A stretch of 64,000 nt of DNA from Candidatus Marinacidobacterales bacterium. GTDB lineage: Bacteria > Acidobacteriota > Vicinamibacteria > Marinacidobacterales > SMYC01. Shown in pieces: positions 1 to 8,499 of this stretch. Each line of letters begins with the position of its first letter. Position 1 is the stretch's first letter. The notes under the pieces were generated by a model. It searched no databases. It was not told the DNA's origin and saw nothing but the letters and a program-made list of their open reading frames with translations. The stretch lies in assembly GCA_965224085.1 (NCBI GenBank), contig CBDCYI010000005.1:1152001-1216000 (forward strand). Direction: 5' to 3'. A program made the translations under genes and the position numbers.

Positions 1-238
1 ACGGTTGCTCGCGAGCACATTTCACCCTGAGCTTTCAAACGATCGTCGCGTGCACCGGTATTTTCTGGATGAGGTCGCCTGACGACCCCATTGGCGAGAC
101 GCTTTCCTCCCATTCCGATTCAATTTGTTGGCCCGCTGTTATGTAAAGCTCTTGCCACGGCTGTAAAGGATCTGGATCGAGGCCGCCGGCGGCGTGCCTG
201 TTTTCCCTTAGATAGTGGACATTACTGTTCTCTTCGTT

Positions 239-253
239 TGGCACCAAACTTGC
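239..253 (+). promoter_or_regulatory. sigma54 (-24/-12) promoter
   Basis: TGGCAC-CAAAC-TTGC matches the TGGCAC-N5-TTGC consensus, about 130 bp upstream of the NtrC-like gene. Confidence 0.6.
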
Positions 254-380
254 GTTCAAATGAGCGATGTTCCAAAAAGAAAACCCGGCACGTTCCACAG
301 CCGCCCACCGTCCGATTTCGGACGCAAAGCACTGCGGAACCAACCGAGTCCGTCGCTCGTCTAAAGATCGATAGATCCCA

Positions 381-1736
381 GTGAAGAAACTAGAGCTGTC
401 TGAAGAGTCGATCCTCATCATCGGCAGAAGCCAAGCATCCTCGGACGCCGCCTCTACCTTGACGTCCGAATACTGGGCCGTCGAGGTCGTCGACGACTTG
501 TCCCAGGCCGAAGCCGAGCTGACCAAACAGCAGCACCAGGTCATCATTCTCGACACCGATTCCGTCAGCGAGCCGTCGTGGCGGGTGATGGAGATTCTTC
601 GGGACGGCGCGGGGCATGCTGCGATCTTGCTCCTTGTCACTCCCAATACACCGTGTGCTTCGTTCTCGAGCTATCGCCAGCGTCCGTCCGGTCTCATCTT
701 GAAACCACTCGACCGGACCGCGCTCTTGATGGCCATCGACTCGGCCCTTGTCTTTCGAAAGCTCCTCGAGGAGAACCGCACGCTTAAACGCCAGCTCGGA
801 AGCGCTGTCAGCCTCAGCGACTGGGTCGGGTGCACGCCCGAGTCCCAGGAAGTCCGTAAATCGATCGCCACCGCGGCACTCGCCACCGGCACGGTGCTCC
901 TCGCCGGCGAGGACGGCACCGGCCGACGCCTGGCCGCCCAGCTTCTCCATCGCCACGGCCGTAATCCGGGCTCCACATTTCTGCCCATGGATCTAGAAAG
1001 CCTCCCCAAAGGCGAGTTCCGCCGGCTCCTGAACGAAATCCGGGAAGCCGCGGATACGGGTCGAGGCTATTACGTGCATGGCGCCCGGCCAGGCACCCTC
1101 TACCTTGCCAAGCTAACGGCGCTCGTTCCCGAAGACCAGGCCGCTCTCAAACAGTTTCTCCACGAGCCCCTGCCATTCCGTCTCATGACATCCGCCAACC
1201 CGTCACTTCTACCTAAGCTCGGCGAGCGAGGATTCGACCCTGAAGCCTTCGACGCCGCTTCCAAAATCACGATCGAGATTCCCGCTCTTCGGGAGCGACG
1301 CGGCGACATCCCCGTTCTCATCGATCACTTTCTCAAACGATTTTGCGAGCGGCTCGAGCTCAAACCCCTGGGCATCCCATCTTCCGCCATCGACAATTAC
1401 TCGAACTACGACTGGCCCGGCAATGTCGCGGAGCTCTCGATGATGATCGAAAGGGCCGTTTCGATCGCCTCCGCAGCCAAGTTCGATGGCACAACGCTGC
1501 CCGAGCACTTCTGCGCGCCTCCGTCCTTGACCGTTCCAGGGCCGAGTCGTCTGAAAAACGTTTCCCTCCGCGATCTCATCGCCGACATCGAGAAGCGCAT
1601 CATCGTGCAGACCCTCGAGCGCGTGGAAGGCAGCCAGAAAAAGGCTGCCGAGGAGCTACGCCTTAATCCGACGACGCTCCATGAAAAGATGAAACGTTAC
1701 AAGATCTTGCCCGAGCGAAGCCGCCAGCGCGCCTGA
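381..1736 (+). CDS. NtrC-like response regulator (REC + degenerate sigma54 AAA+ + Fis HTH)
   Basis: N-terminal receiver-like domain; GEDGTGRR Walker A-like; IPALRERRGDI and YDWPGNVAEL motifs; C-terminal Fis HTH (GSQKKAAEELRLNPTTLHEKMK). Confidence 0.85.
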   Translation: MKKLELSEESILIIGRSQASSDAASTLTSEYWAVEVVDDLSQAEAELTKQQHQVIILDTDSVSEPSWRVMEILRDGAGHAAILLLVTPNTPCASFSSYRQRPSGLILKPLDRTALLMAIDSALVFRKLLEENRTLKRQLGSAVSLSDWVGCTPESQEVRKSIATAALATGTVLLAGEDGTGRRLAAQLLHRHGRNPGSTFLPMDLESLPKGEFRRLLNEIREAADTGRGYYVHGARPGTLYLAKLTALVPEDQAALKQFLHEPLPFRLMTSANPSLLPKLGERGFDPEAFDAASKITIEIPALRERRGDIPVLIDHFLKRFCERLELKPLGIPSSAIDNYSNYDWPGNVAELSMMIERAVSIASAAKFDGTTLPEHFCAPPSLTVPGPSRLKNVSLRDLIADIEKRIIVQTLERVEGSQKKAAEELRLNPTTLHEKMKRYKILPERSRQRA

Positions 1737-1793
1737 TCCCGTGGCCCGAGATTTGTGTGACGAACTACTGATACAGGGAACTGAACGGCCCAA
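1733..1793. repeat. degenerate copy of the 55-bp CTAG-bounded mini element at 12811-12865
   Basis: ggcccgagatttgtgtgacgaactactgatacaggga aligns with ggcccgagatatatgtgacgaaccacgaatacaggga; it starts at the stop codon of the preceding gene. Confidence 0.6.
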
Positions 1794-1813
1794 GCAACTT
1801 TTTTAACCCACCA

Positions 1814-1843
1814 TTGACAAGTCGCGCTTTACGCGATTAGACT
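1814..1843 (+). promoter_or_regulatory. sigma70-like promoter for pal
   Basis: TTGACA-N18-TAGACT upstream of pal. Confidence 0.5.
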
Positions 1844-1970
1844 ATCGCTCCAATCGAGGGTCCTACCTCGTTGGCTCAGTTGACGACACGCTTCTCGACA
1901 ATCCATGGATATAGACTGCGCGATGGACGAGAGAAGCAAGATGAACAAGAATCGCGCAGGAGGTGAGCAA

Positions 1971-2534
1971 GTGAAAAGATCTTGGATGGCCTCCCTGGGA
2001 TTGCTCCTAATCGCCCTCACGCTCGTCTTGGGACTGGCCGGTTGTGGAAAGGAACCACCGCCACCGCCACCACCACCACCGCCGCCGGAGGAGCCACCGC
2101 CACCACCGCCACCGCCGCCACCGCCGCCACCACCACCACCGCCGGCGCCGACGGACGCAGAGCTTTTTCAGCGGGCGTCGGTCGCAGAGCTGCAGCGCAA
2201 CCTCAGTGACGTCTATTTCGACTACGACCAGTCGGATTTGAGGGACGATGCACGCGCGTCGTTGTCGAACAACGCGGACTGGCTCAAGCTCAGCTACAAC
2301 ACCGCCGTCATCGAGGTGGAAGGGCATTGCGACAACCGCGGGACCGAGGGGTACAACCTGGCCCTTGGCGAAAGACGTGCTCGCGCCACCGTGGAATACC
2401 TGCAGTCGCTCGGTATCCCTGCGAATCGGCTCAAGATGGTGAGCTATGGCGAGGAGCGGCCGCAATGCACCGACGAGAACGAAAGCTGCTGGCAGCGCAA
2501 TCGCCGCGGGCACATTCGGATAGACGCTAAGTAA
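1971..2534 (+). CDS. pal: peptidoglycan-associated lipoprotein (Pal/OmpA C-like) with polyproline linker
   Basis: GGAGG RBS before GTG at 1971; lipobox LAGC; VYFDYDQS, IEVEGHCDNRGTEGYNLALGERRA, SYGEERP and NRR motifs. Confidence 0.9.
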   Translation: MKRSWMASLGLLLIALTLVLGLAGCGKEPPPPPPPPPPPEEPPPPPPPPPPPPPPPPPAPTDAELFQRASVAELQRNLSDVYFDYDQSDLRDDARASLSNNADWLKLSYNTAVIEVEGHCDNRGTEGYNLALGERRARATVEYLQSLGIPANRLKMVSYGEERPQCTDENESCWQRNRRGHIRIDAK

Positions 2535-2540
2535 ACCTGG

Positions 2541-2573
2541 AGAGTCCCGTGACGCTTTGCGTCGCGGGACTCT
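2541..2573. terminator. hairpin between convergent pal and glutaredoxin-like genes
   Basis: agagtcccgtgacgc-ttt-gcgtcgcgggactct inverted repeat. Confidence 0.55.
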
Positions 2574-2591
2574 TCATGAGGCATTCAGCAT

Positions 2592-2846
2592 TCAGGTCTC
2601 TTTTCGGAGGCGCTCCCTCAGATCTGTGGCCTTTGCGCGGTGTTTGAAGGCTTGGCTTCCGTTCACGAAGAGCACCGGGACGTCTTCGCCGTACCTCTTT
2701 TCTAGGGCCGGGTCCTTTGAGATGTCGATCTCTCGTAGGTCGATGTTTAGGCCCTTAGAGGCTTCCTTTAGGGCTTGCTTCATCTTGTCGCACAGCCGGC
2801 AGCCTGGCCGGGTCAGGAGCTCGATCTCTATCGGGGGGGCGCTCAT
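2592..2846 (-). CDS. glutaredoxin-like protein (DUF836 type)
   Basis: MSAPPIEIELLTRPGCRLCD CxxC motif; EIDI..DPAL..RYGEDVPVL; ATG overlaps the pyrF stop. Confidence 0.8.
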   Translation of the reverse strand: MSAPPIEIELLTRPGCRLCDKMKQALKEASKGLNIDLREIDISKDPALEKRYGEDVPVLFVNGSQAFKHRAKATDLRERLRKET

Positions 2847-3553
2847 GCGTTTTCTAGCTCGTCTCGGATCTTTTTTGCGGCGTCGCGCGGATCGCTTTGC
2901 CGCGTGATTGCGCGGCCAACCACGATGTAGCGGGCGCCGTCGCGTGCGACTTTGGCAGGGGTTGCGACGCGTTTTTGGTCGTGGCTCGCGGCCGCCCAAG
3001 CGGGACGGACGCCCGGGACGAGCACATCGAGCTGACCTTCGGTCGCTTCGCGCACCGCTCGGACCTCGAGAGGCGAAGCCACCACACCATCAAGGCCCGA
3101 GGCCGCCGCGAGCCTCGCGAGACGCACGACCTGATCCTCGCTCGAGCTCACGATACCCACTTCGCGCAAGTCGTCATCAGCAAGGTGCGTCAGTACGGTG
3201 ACACCGAACACGCGAGGCCCCGTTGTGCCCATAACGATCGACGCGCACTTTCGCGCGGCCTTAGACGCCGCCTCCATCATCGCGCGGCCTCCCGCCGCGT
3301 GCACGTCGACGATAGGCACGCCTGCGCTCGCCGCGACGGCGACCGCTCCCGCCACTGTGTTCGGTATATCGTGGAACTTCAAATCGAGAAAAACCCGGCT
3401 CGCCGTCAGCTCTTCGAGAATGCGCGGGCCAACCGCGGTGAAGAGCTCTTTGCCGACCTTGAATAAATCAACCACGTCCGACAGCTCGTCTCGAAGTCGC
3501 AACGCCTTGTCGAGCGAGTCGACATCGACCGCGACGATGAGCTCCGTCGTCAT
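2843..3553 (-). CDS. pyrF: orotidine-5'-phosphate decarboxylase
   Basis: MTTELIVAVD, FKVGKELF, FLDLKFHDIPNTV, VTVLTH, VPGVRP, VVGRAIT. Confidence 0.95.
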   Translation of the reverse strand: MTTELIVAVDVDSLDKALRLRDELSDVVDLFKVGKELFTAVGPRILEELTASRVFLDLKFHDIPNTVAGAVAVAASAGVPIVDVHAAGGRAMMEAASKAARKCASIVMGTTGPRVFGVTVLTHLADDDLREVGIVSSSEDQVVRLARLAAASGLDGVVASPLEVRAVREATEGQLDVLVPGVRPAWAAASHDQKRVATPAKVARDGARYIVVGRAITRQSDPRDAAKKIRDELENA

Positions 3554-4470
3554 GAAAGGACACCGCCTGTCAGCTCCGAAATCGACTCGACGTCGTGGCG
3601 CTCGCAATAGGCCTCGAGCCCGTCCAGCGTGCACCGCCACACGGACGGGTCGACGAAGCTCATCGTGCCGATTTGCACCGCCGAAGCACCCGCGAGGATG
3701 AACTCGAGCGCGTCTTCGTGTGACGTGATTCCCCCGATCCCGATGATGGGGATATTCACAGCTCTCGCTGTCTGGTAGACCATCCGCACCGCGATGGGAC
3801 GGATAGCGGGACCGGACAGCCCCCCCACGACGTTCGCGAGGCGGGGACGACGGCTCTCCACGTCGATCGCCATGGCCGGCATCGTATTGATGAGTGAGAC
3901 CGCGTCCGCGCCGGCCGCTTCGACACTCCGCGCCACCACCGTTATGTCGGTGACGTTGGGACTGAGCTTGGGGATGATCGGAAGCTTCGTCTGCGCTCGA
4001 ACCGCCGCGGTCACCCGCGCCGCCATGTCCGGATCGCATCCGAAGAGAATCCCGCCCTCTTGGACGTTGGGGCAAGAAATGTTCATCTCGATGGCATGGA
4101 CGCCGTCGACGCCGTCGAGGATATGCGCAAGCTCTTGGTATTCCTCCAAAGTGTTGCCGCAAATGTTGACGAGGACGGTCGTCCCGAGCTCACGAAGCCG
4201 AGGCATTTTTTCGTCGATGAAGCGCCGGATACCCACTTCTTGAAGGCCGATCGCGTTCAACATCCCCGAAGGCGTTTCCCAGATCCGAGGAGGCGGGCAG
4301 CCTTCGCGAGGCTCGAGGTAGAGGCCTTTTACCGCGATGCCGCCAATGGCTTCGTAGTCGACAACGTCGAGATATTCGGTCCCGTAACCGAAAGTGCCGC
4401 TCGCAGCGATGAGCGGGGTTCGGAACCGGAGGCTTTTGAACGACACGCTCAGGTCGGGTTTTACCGTCAT
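3550..4470 (-). CDS. pyrD: dihydroorotate dehydrogenase B, catalytic subunit
   Basis: AASGTFGYG, MLNAIGLQ, EMNISCPNV, KLSPNVTDI, GGLSGPAIRP. Confidence 0.95.
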   Translation of the reverse strand: MTVKPDLSVSFKSLRFRTPLIAASGTFGYGTEYLDVVDYEAIGGIAVKGLYLEPREGCPPPRIWETPSGMLNAIGLQEVGIRRFIDEKMPRLRELGTTVLVNICGNTLEEYQELAHILDGVDGVHAIEMNISCPNVQEGGILFGCDPDMAARVTAAVRAQTKLPIIPKLSPNVTDITVVARSVEAAGADAVSLINTMPAMAIDVESRRPRLANVVGGLSGPAIRPIAVRMVYQTARAVNIPIIGIGGITSHEDALEFILAGASAVQIGTMSFVDPSVWRCTLDGLEAYCERHDVESISELTGGVLS

Positions 4471-5252
4471 AGCGGGTGTGGGTCGCGCTCCCACGCGATG
4501 ACGCTTGCATCGAAGACGGGACCTTCAGTGCAGGAGCGCACATACGCGCTCGTATAGACGACACAGCCGAGACAGCACCCCATACCGCAGCCCATGCGCC
4601 GCTCGAGCGAGACCTCGTGGGGGACACCTTTGGCCGCGGCGAGCTCGGCGACGCTCAACAACATGGGCGTCGGTCCGCAGGAATAGAGCTGGGTCTCGCC
4701 ATCGAGCGCGTCGTCGACCAGCGCTGTGACACGGCCCATGGTGCCCACGCTGCCATCCTCGGTCGTACAGCGCACATCCATTCCGAGCGCCTCGAACACC
4801 TCGCGCAGATACAGGTCATGCGCGGTCCGGCCTCCGAGTAGAACGAGGGCCACTTTCCCCACCGAGCTCAAAGCCCGGCAAAAGGCGACAAAGGGGGCGA
4901 TACCCACCCCGCCCGCGACGACGACAGGGCGTTTGGCATCGGGCGGCATCGAGAAAGCGGAGCCGAGGGGTCCTAGACAATCGGCCTCGTCGCCCGGAAG
5001 GAGCCGCGCCAGAGCGCGCGTACCCCGTCCTACCTCTTTCACGAGCAAACTGAACCGCCCAGCTGCGACATCGGCGTCGCAAAACGAATAGGGGCGGCGG
5101 AGCAACAGGCCGTCGTCGCTAGGCAGGCGCAGCATCGTGAACTGCCCCGGTCGGAACTCGTTCGCAAGAAAGTCGGATTCGAACTCGAGAAGGCTGGCAT
5201 CCTGCGAGAGGGCACGCCGCTCCAAAAGCTTAGCCCTCACGTCCCGTCTCAT
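4467..5252 (-). CDS. pyrK: dihydroorotate dehydrogenase electron-transfer subunit
   Basis: PGQF, LRRPYS, GGVGIAP, CGPTPML and the 2Fe-2S motif ERRMGCGMGCCLGC..C. Confidence 0.93.
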   Translation of the reverse strand: MRRDVRAKLLERRALSQDASLLEFESDFLANEFRPGQFTMLRLPSDDGLLLRRPYSFCDADVAAGRFSLLVKEVGRGTRALARLLPGDEADCLGPLGSAFSMPPDAKRPVVVAGGVGIAPFVAFCRALSSVGKVALVLLGGRTAHDLYLREVFEALGMDVRCTTEDGSVGTMGRVTALVDDALDGETQLYSCGPTPMLLSVAELAAAKGVPHEVSLERRMGCGMGCCLGCVVYTSAYVRSCTEGPVFDASVIAWERDPHPL

Positions 5253-5280
5253 CGGGGTGAGAGTATATCGCAGCGAGTTC

Positions 5281-5931
5281 TCAGGCCGCGTAGACGATGT
5301 TGTGGATGCGGCCGATCTTACCGCGCTGCGTGAGTCGGTAGAAACTCCGGAGCTCTGGAAGTAGAGCGCTCAAACGATCGCGCGCAAGGGCCGCTTGAAC
5401 GACGTGGGTGCAGTAGCGGGAGGCGAGCGAAGCCGCGGCTTTGTAACGCTCACGCGTCATCGGTTCCAGCTCGCGACGAATCTCGAAATCGCCAAAGAGC
5501 CGGTCGAGCAAATTACGGGGCACCCTGCCGTCATTCCGTGACGCCAGAAGGATCGTCGAAGTGATGAACTTGTCCACTTCTGCTTGAAGCTCGAGCTCGA
5601 GTTGGGTCACACGCCTCTCGCGCGACGCACTAAAGTGCAGATAAGCGAAATGGCTGACCTCTTCGATCGCCGTCACGAGCAGCTCGAAACTTTCGGCACG
5701 GATCGACGTCGTCAGGTCGATCTCTGAAAGCTGGTCGAGCGCCTCTTCCCCGATATAGACGCCGAGCTCGAGCTCCTCACGGCTATGCCCCTCGCGCACC
5801 ATCACGGCCGCGCGCGCTGCATCGTGGCCGAGACGCGCGCACATATCCGAAGAAATGAGAAAATCCTCGATATCGACTTCGAGCTCGAGACCGTAAACAC
5901 GATCGATGTGTCGAAAAATAGAGTCGAGCAT
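5281..5931 (-). CDS. hypothetical protein with zincin-like EEVSH...ELQAE motif
   Basis: 216-aa ORF 5 bp downstream of its partner gene; motif resembles HExxH..ELQAD of YpfJ-like metallopeptidases (inference). Confidence 0.7.
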   Translation of the reverse strand: MLDSIFRHIDRVYGLELEVDIEDFLISSDMCARLGHDAARAAVMVREGHSREELELGVYIGEEALDQLSEIDLTTSIRAESFELLVTAIEEVSHFAYLHFSASRERRVTQLELELQAEVDKFITSTILLASRNDGRVPRNLLDRLFGDFEIRRELEPMTRERYKAAASLASRYCTHVVQAALARDRLSALLPELRSFYRLTQRGKIGRIHNIVYAA

Positions 5932-5936
5932 AGTCT

Positions 5937-6513
5937 TCAGTGCACCTGCTTGGCCGATCGATCGAGAAGGATCCCCTCACGCTCGAGAAGCCGCCTGCTT
6001 CGCTCGCTTCCCGATTCGAGCCAACGCCCGTATAGGCGCAAAATCGAAGGTGCATCGGTGATCGCACTTTCTTCACTGACCTCGTGCAAAACGTCCACGA
6101 AGCGGCGAAATTTCTTAGAGAGCTCTTCGAACATCGCCGCGGCGTCGCGAGGGCTGAGCTCTGGGGCGCGCCCATAAGCAGAACCTCCCATGCGCATATA
6201 GTAGTCGAGCTCGACACGGCGGCGCACGATGCTGTCGGCAAAAAATCCGGAAACGAAGAGCGCTACATCGCCGGTGAGCTTGAGTTTTGTGAAACGCTCG
6301 CTGCCGCAACTCCTAAGAGCCTCGCAATAGAGTTCGGCGAGTGTCGCTTCAGGACCCGCCTCACACTGTTCGATCGCGACGAAGTTATCGAGGAGCTTCA
6401 CGAGATAGAAGGAGGAGAGCTCGCTCGATCGAAAATTCTGGCGGGCCATCACCTTCTCCACAACCTCCCTGAAATATTCGATCGGAGTCTCTGAGTGAAG
6501 TAGCCTGTCCATG
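5937..6513 (-). CDS. hypothetical protein
   Basis: AAAGGAGG RBS before MDRLLHSETP; helical protein with GDVALFVSGFF..YY..MG..AY. Confidence 0.75.
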
Positions 6514-6628
6514 ATGTTGCCTCCTTTCGAGCTAGCTGACCTTGATTCTTTTGAATGCAATTTGCGTGCACAACGAGGCGTAACGGGGACGCGAGCAGAA
6601 GCTGTTGAAAAGACAATTGAACCTTAAT

Positions 6629-6825
6629 TACAGTTTTCTCGATGGTTGAACGGGTGACAAAAACTGTCCCAAAACGGGTCGCAAAGATCAAAAGATGTCG
6701 ACTAGCAGTCTAGGGAGACAGAGTGCTACAGTTTTCTCGATGGTTGAACGGGTGACAAAAACTGTCCCAAAACGGGTCGCAAAGATCAAAAGATGTCGAC
6801 TAGCAGTCTAGGGAGACGAGTGCTA
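6629..6825. repeat. 98-bp direct tandem duplication containing CIRCE
   Basis: tacagttttctcgatgg...gagtgcta occurs at 6629 and 6727; copies differ by one base in the CIRCE spacer. Confidence 0.9.
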
Positions 6826-6826
6826 A
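6800..6826 (-). promoter_or_regulatory. CIRCE element (HrcA operator)
   Basis: minus strand TTAGCACTC-N9-GACTGCTAG versus consensus TTAGCACTC-N9-GAGTGCTAA; a second copy at 6702-6729 has an N10 spacer. Confidence 0.7.
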
Positions 6827-6879
6827 TTCATCGCGGTATCGGCGACGTTCAGGATTCAGCACTCAAGAAATGTTTGTGG

Positions 6880-8499
6880 CTACTCGACAAACGTGACTTT
6901 GTTGATGTCGGCGAGGGTGGTGATGCCAGCGAAGACTTTTTCGAGCGCTTGCTTGCGCAGGGACGTCATGCCACCGTCCTCGGCCGCGTGTTTGAGCTCA
7001 GCGCTGCTGCGTCTTTCGAGAATCAGCTGACGCAGACGATCATTGAGACTCAGAAGCTCGCACACCGCCGTGCGTCCATAAAAGCCTGTTCCGTGACATT
7101 TGTAGCATCCGCGACCGACGAAGAACCCGCGATCGCGATCGGCGCTCTCGAGCCCCGACAGCTCGAGCTCCGCCGAGCTCACGGTAGCCGGCTCACGACA
7201 TTCGCCGCAAATGCTGCGCACGAGACGCTGCGCCATGACGCAATTCAGCGCGGACACGAAGTTGTAAGGCTCGACGCCCATATGCAAGAAACGGCCGATG
7301 ACATCGAAGGCGTTGTTCGCGTGAACCGTCGTGAACATGAGGTGGCCCGTCAAAGCCGCCTGCACCGCGATCTGCGCGGTCTCGCCATCACGCACCTCAC
7401 CGACCATGATCGTATCCGGATCGTGACGCAGCACCGACCTCAAGCCGCGAGCGAAAGTCAATCCTTTCTTCTCGTTCACGGGGATCTGCGTGATGTTGGG
7501 CAGCCGATACTCGACGGGGTCTTCGATGGTGACGATCTTCTCTTCCGGTGTTGCGATCTCGGAGAGCGCCGCATAGAGCGTCGTCGTCTTACCGCTTCCG
7601 GTCGGTCCGGTAACGAGCACCATGCCATAGGGCTCGTGGATGAACTTTCGAAATCGCTTCAGCTCGTGATCCCGAAACCCGAGGAGCTCGAGCCGAAGTT
7701 CCGAGAACTGCTCGCTGATGGACTCCTTGTCCAGGATCCGTATGACGACGTCTTCGCCATAGATACTCGGCATGATCGAGACGCGGAAGTCGATCGGGCG
7801 CGATCGAATCTTGAGCTTGAAGCGGCCATCCTGGGGGATCCGTTTCTCGGCAACGTCGAGCTCCGCCATAACCTTGAGCCGCGAAACGATCGCCCTGTGG
7901 TGCTGGCGGTCGACGGGATCCATCGCGGGGTAGAGAACCCCATCGATACGGTACTTCAGCAATACTTTCTCTTCTTTGGTCTCGACGTGAATGTCGCTCG
8001 CGCGGCGCTCGATACCGTTGAGCAAGAGGGAGTGGACGAGTTTGATGATGGGGCTCGACGTCTCAGACGTCGCTTCGAGCTCTTCGTGTTCGTTGTCGTC
8101 TTCGGAGACGAGCTCGAGCTTGAGCTCCTCGGAAGCTTTGTCGAGCAGGAAGCTCGAGCCTCGGTTGCGTTTCAGGATCGCTTCGATTTGAAACGCCGCT
8201 GCAACTTCGATCTCGAGCGGCCGGCCCAGCGTGAGCTCGAGCTCATCGAGCTCTCGATAGCGCTCGGGCTCCGCCACCGCCACCACGACGCTTCCGTCCT
8301 GCTCCCGAAGCGGGACGACCCGGTAGCGCAGAATGGAGTCCAGGGGGATCTGCTGCCACACGGATAGGTTCTCGCGAAAAAGTGCGAGGTCGACGAATGC
8401 GAAGCCGAGGTGGTGGGCGAGGCGCTTCGCGTTCGCGAACTCTTCCTCTTGCGCCGCGGCCCCGGTATCCTGCCCGAGGGCGCTTTCGGTCTCGCTCAA
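6880..8499 (-). CDS. GspE/PulE/PilB-family secretion or pilus assembly ATPase
   Basis: ASDIHVE, RIPQDGR, GPTGSGKTTTLY, TIEDPVEY, LRHDPD, MVGEVRD, TGHLMFTTVHAN, CxxC..CxxC. Confidence 0.93.
   Translation of the reverse strand: MSETESALGQDTGAAAQEEEFANAKRLAHHLGFAFVDLALFRENLSVWQQIPLDSILRYRVVPLREQDGSVVVAVAEPERYRELDELELTLGRPLEIEVAAAFQIEAILKRNRGSSFLLDKASEELKLELVSEDDNEHEELEATSETSSPIIKLVHSLLLNGIERRASDIHVETKEEKVLLKYRIDGVLYPAMDPVDRQHHRAIVSRLKVMAELDVAEKRIPQDGRFKLKIRSRPIDFRVSIMPSIYGEDVVIRILDKESISEQFSELRLELLGFRDHELKRFRKFIHEPYGMVLVTGPTGSGKTTTLYAALSEIATPEEKIVTIEDPVEYRLPNITQIPVNEKKGLTFARGLRSVLRHDPDTIMVGEVRDGETAQIAVQAALTGHLMFTTVHANNAFDVIGRFLHMGVEPYNFVSALNCVMAQRLVRSICGECREPATVSSAELELSGLESADRDRGFFVGRGCYKCHGTGFYGRTAVCELLSLNDRLRQLILERRSSAELKHAAEDGGMTSLRKQALEKVFAGITTLADINKVTFVE

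Noticed and set aside
2044-2241. His/Arg-rich small ORF
   Set aside because: Alternative frame of the pal polyproline codons.
2843-4162. 439-aa extended PyrF
   Set aside because: The extension overlaps pyrD in another frame; the real start is 3553 with an ATGA overlap.
6555-6571. Minus-strand sigma54-like motif GTGCACG-N4-TTGCA
   Set aside because: It lacks the invariant GG at -24.
6793-8367. Long antisense ORFs (also 40537-41838, 56198-58027, 58969-60522)
   Set aside because: They are shadow frames of well-supported opposite-strand genes in GC-rich DNA.
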